Source of the DNA: Podarcis cretensis
Taxonomy: Eukaryota
Reading direction: 5' to 3'
Assembly: GCA_951804945.1 (NCBI GenBank)
Contig: OX638158.1
Location: 19,220,001 to 19,284,000 of the forward strand
Length of the DNA: 64,000 bases
Position numbers and translations under genes: made by a program. This document shows positions 61,834 through 64,000 of this stretch, piece after piece. A model generated the notes under the pieces. That model made no database searches and was not told the DNA's origin. It was given only the letters and a program-made list of their open reading frames with translations. Within the stretch, counting starts at the first letter, position 1. Every line of letters begins with the position of its first letter.

Positions 61834-62089
61834 CTGATCATAACGGAAAGGAAATAATAAAAGGGGAATAGAAAAGACAAGAGAACGTTATCACATAGTA
61901 CAATACACAAACAATTCCTCCATTTTCCAATTGGGCTGCCCATATTCCACGGAATATTTAAATCTTGTTCAAAGACAAACTCTATATATCCATGCCATTT
62001 CTAAAGGGACTTGCTTTTTTAAAACAATAAGGATGACTGATACTGAATGCTAAATACAATCCATGCACAATTTTTAGCAATCAGTCCTT

Positions 62090-62400
62090 AGTTGCTGATG
62101 GAGATTTATATGGTCCTTTTGTCCATAAATTGTTCCATTTATCCTCTTCAATGTTTATATCCCAAATTAATTCCCATCAGTTTTTAAAATGTTGAGGGCA
62201 AAATCTTAAGGGTTTTGTATAAAAGGAAAATCAATCCCTTAGTCATTATACTATCTCTTATTACTCTCTTTTCATATTCTGTTAGTTTCCCCGTAGCTTC
62301 ATTTTTATCTCTATATTGGTGAGAAATGGAAAGAACTTACAAAATAAAATTAGGAAGGAAAATCACGGCCAACAGAAAACAGGATTGGAAGATAACAGAA
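62090..62400 (-). mobile_element. Possible L1/Tx1-like ORF2 C-terminal fragment
   Basis: The - strand reads WELIWDINIEEDKWNNLWTK, a Trp spacing typical of the post-RT region. Confidence 0.4.
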
Positions 62401-62897
62401 CTGAGTGTGAATTAACAAACATACAATAAATAAATATCAAATATTATTTTAACATATGACCATAGTGTAGAGACTTTTGTGTGAACAAAGATGAAACAAT
62501 TTATTATTCTTCAATATGGAAGAAAGGTTGTTGAAGTTACTGGAGGAAAAGTTGTTACACTGGGCTAGAAAAAAATTATTGTCAACATTTATCAATAATA
62601 ATAATTGTAGAACCCCTTTTAGATGTTTCGTGTGGAAAGGAAAATTAATGAATTTGAGACATTTGGGTCTGAAGACTGAGAGAGTATCACTTAGCAGAAG
62701 GAAGAACAGCTGGATGTTATTGTAGAATGAATACTTCGAATAATCTTTTTATATGGAACTGACAGACAGGGAATCGAAAGTCCTTTTCATTTCTCTTTCT
62801 TTATTATTTTTATCTGACTGTTCAAGGAGTACACACCACTGTTATTGTGCACTGTGTAATATCTGAAGTGCCTTATCCAAATGGAATGAATATTTAC

Positions 62898-62986
62898 CTT
62901 TCATCTTTGTTTTGACGGATGCATCCCTCAATGATTTCCTTTACTTCAGGAATTGCAACTTTATCAAAGCTTGCTGGTTTGACTCC
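62898..62986 (-). CDS. WNK1: WNK1 exon 5 (kinase C-lobe); exons 1-4 lie beyond the window
   Basis: 89 bp; [29 protein letters not shown](R). Confidence 0.97.
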
Positions 62987-63357
62987 CTGAAATACAGAAG
63001 AATATGTGAGAAAATATGGTAAAAAAAATGTCTATTTAAATCTCTAATGAAGTTTAGCATGGCTGGTGACATTCAATCTTATAGAGGCACAATGCTGGTG
63101 TCATATGGACAGTTTTATTCTTCACAAGATATGCCACGGTGATTTGATTCATGATTTCTCTCCAATTCAACGATCAAAGCATTAGTTATATTTGAGTGTG
63201 GAAAATGTCAGCTTTTAATCAAATGAACTTCCAGACTTAATTATGAAAAAACAACTTTTCTTATTTTACTTGTATTTTTTAACTATATATTTTAAATGCT
63301 ACTGCAATCGTAAAAATCCATTTTTAAAGAGGAATGCTGGAAAGAATCCAACAAGCA

Positions 63358-63360
<3 letters not shown>

Positions 63361-63437
<77 letters not shown>
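63361..63437. repeat. Compound (AT)n(AC)n microsatellite
   Basis: Read directly. Confidence 0.95.
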
Positions 63438-64000
63438 AATATATTGCCCTCCTCTCTCCCAGAAGTCTGCAACAATTAAGTAAGGCATGCTAAGATAATT
63501 TCTTTCTCTAAAGTAACCACTGGTTTCCAACTTACCCAGAATCTATCTTGGTCCTAATTGGCAAAATGAGATTCACTTTGTTTTCTCTCAAATACATTGC
63601 CACATTTATTATATCCATCGCTATCCTTTCTTTTCTCATTCCCAAAATGATGCAACACTAAATCATGGTTTAGTATGTACAAGCCTGCTCTTCCTCCTCT
63701 CTCCTCCTCTGACACATCCATTTCCATTTTATACCAGCTGCAGTTTGTCTTTTCCTCCAAATAGGGAACTGTGGTTAGTTTTAGTATGGTTTATCCAAAC
63801 AGGCCAAGATCTGATTTCTGATCATACTACTCTTATGTCAAACCCAGTGGTCAGTCTCACCTTCACCATGGCCTATCTTTCTGTACATAAATGAGCACAA
63901 AATTAATATTAACAGATTTTCCTTTCACCAGGCATAACCTATATTTACCATTAAGCCACAGTGCAAAGATTTTGAGGTGGTGGTGGTGGTGGGGAGACAG

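Noticed and set aside
1-64000. CRISPR arrays, rRNA genes, prokaryotic operons
   Set aside because: Eukaryotic exon-intron locus; no such structures seen

Overview
Vertebrate genomic DNA, almost certainly from a squamate and probably a lacertid lizard (inferred from full-length Sauria-type SINEs). Two genes lie tail-to-tail. On the + strand is the 3' part of RAD52: 9 coding exons, 864-10300, ending ...MKKRRLEPA*. On the - strand is WNK1 from the end of the kinase domain (exon 5, 62898-62986) to the stop at 14136, with a ~2.3 kb 3'UTR. The WNK1 region includes the cassette exons 8b, HSN2, 11, 12, 26a and 26b. All exon boundaries were read by hand from GT/AG sites and keep a consistent reading frame; exon numbers follow the mammalian genes from memory. 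Introns carry four Sauria SINEs with TSDs, tRNA-head/CR1-tail SINEs, several TA-flanked MITEs, hAT-like elements, old LINE/DIRS fragments, microsatellites and a perfect 123-bp tandem duplication. No wholly new gene system is demonstrated. The best leads are: (1) apparent loss of both NEDD4-2 PY motifs from WNK1 cassette exons 11/12, with a PPGY motif present in exon 8; (2) inverted SINEs tightly flanking exons 10-20, a circRNA/skipping layout with a stop-free 3105-nt frame; (3) two candidate in-frame alternative terminal exons near 26a/26b; (4) an RVxF motif in exon 26a; (5) a miR-192-complementary site in the 3'UTR.
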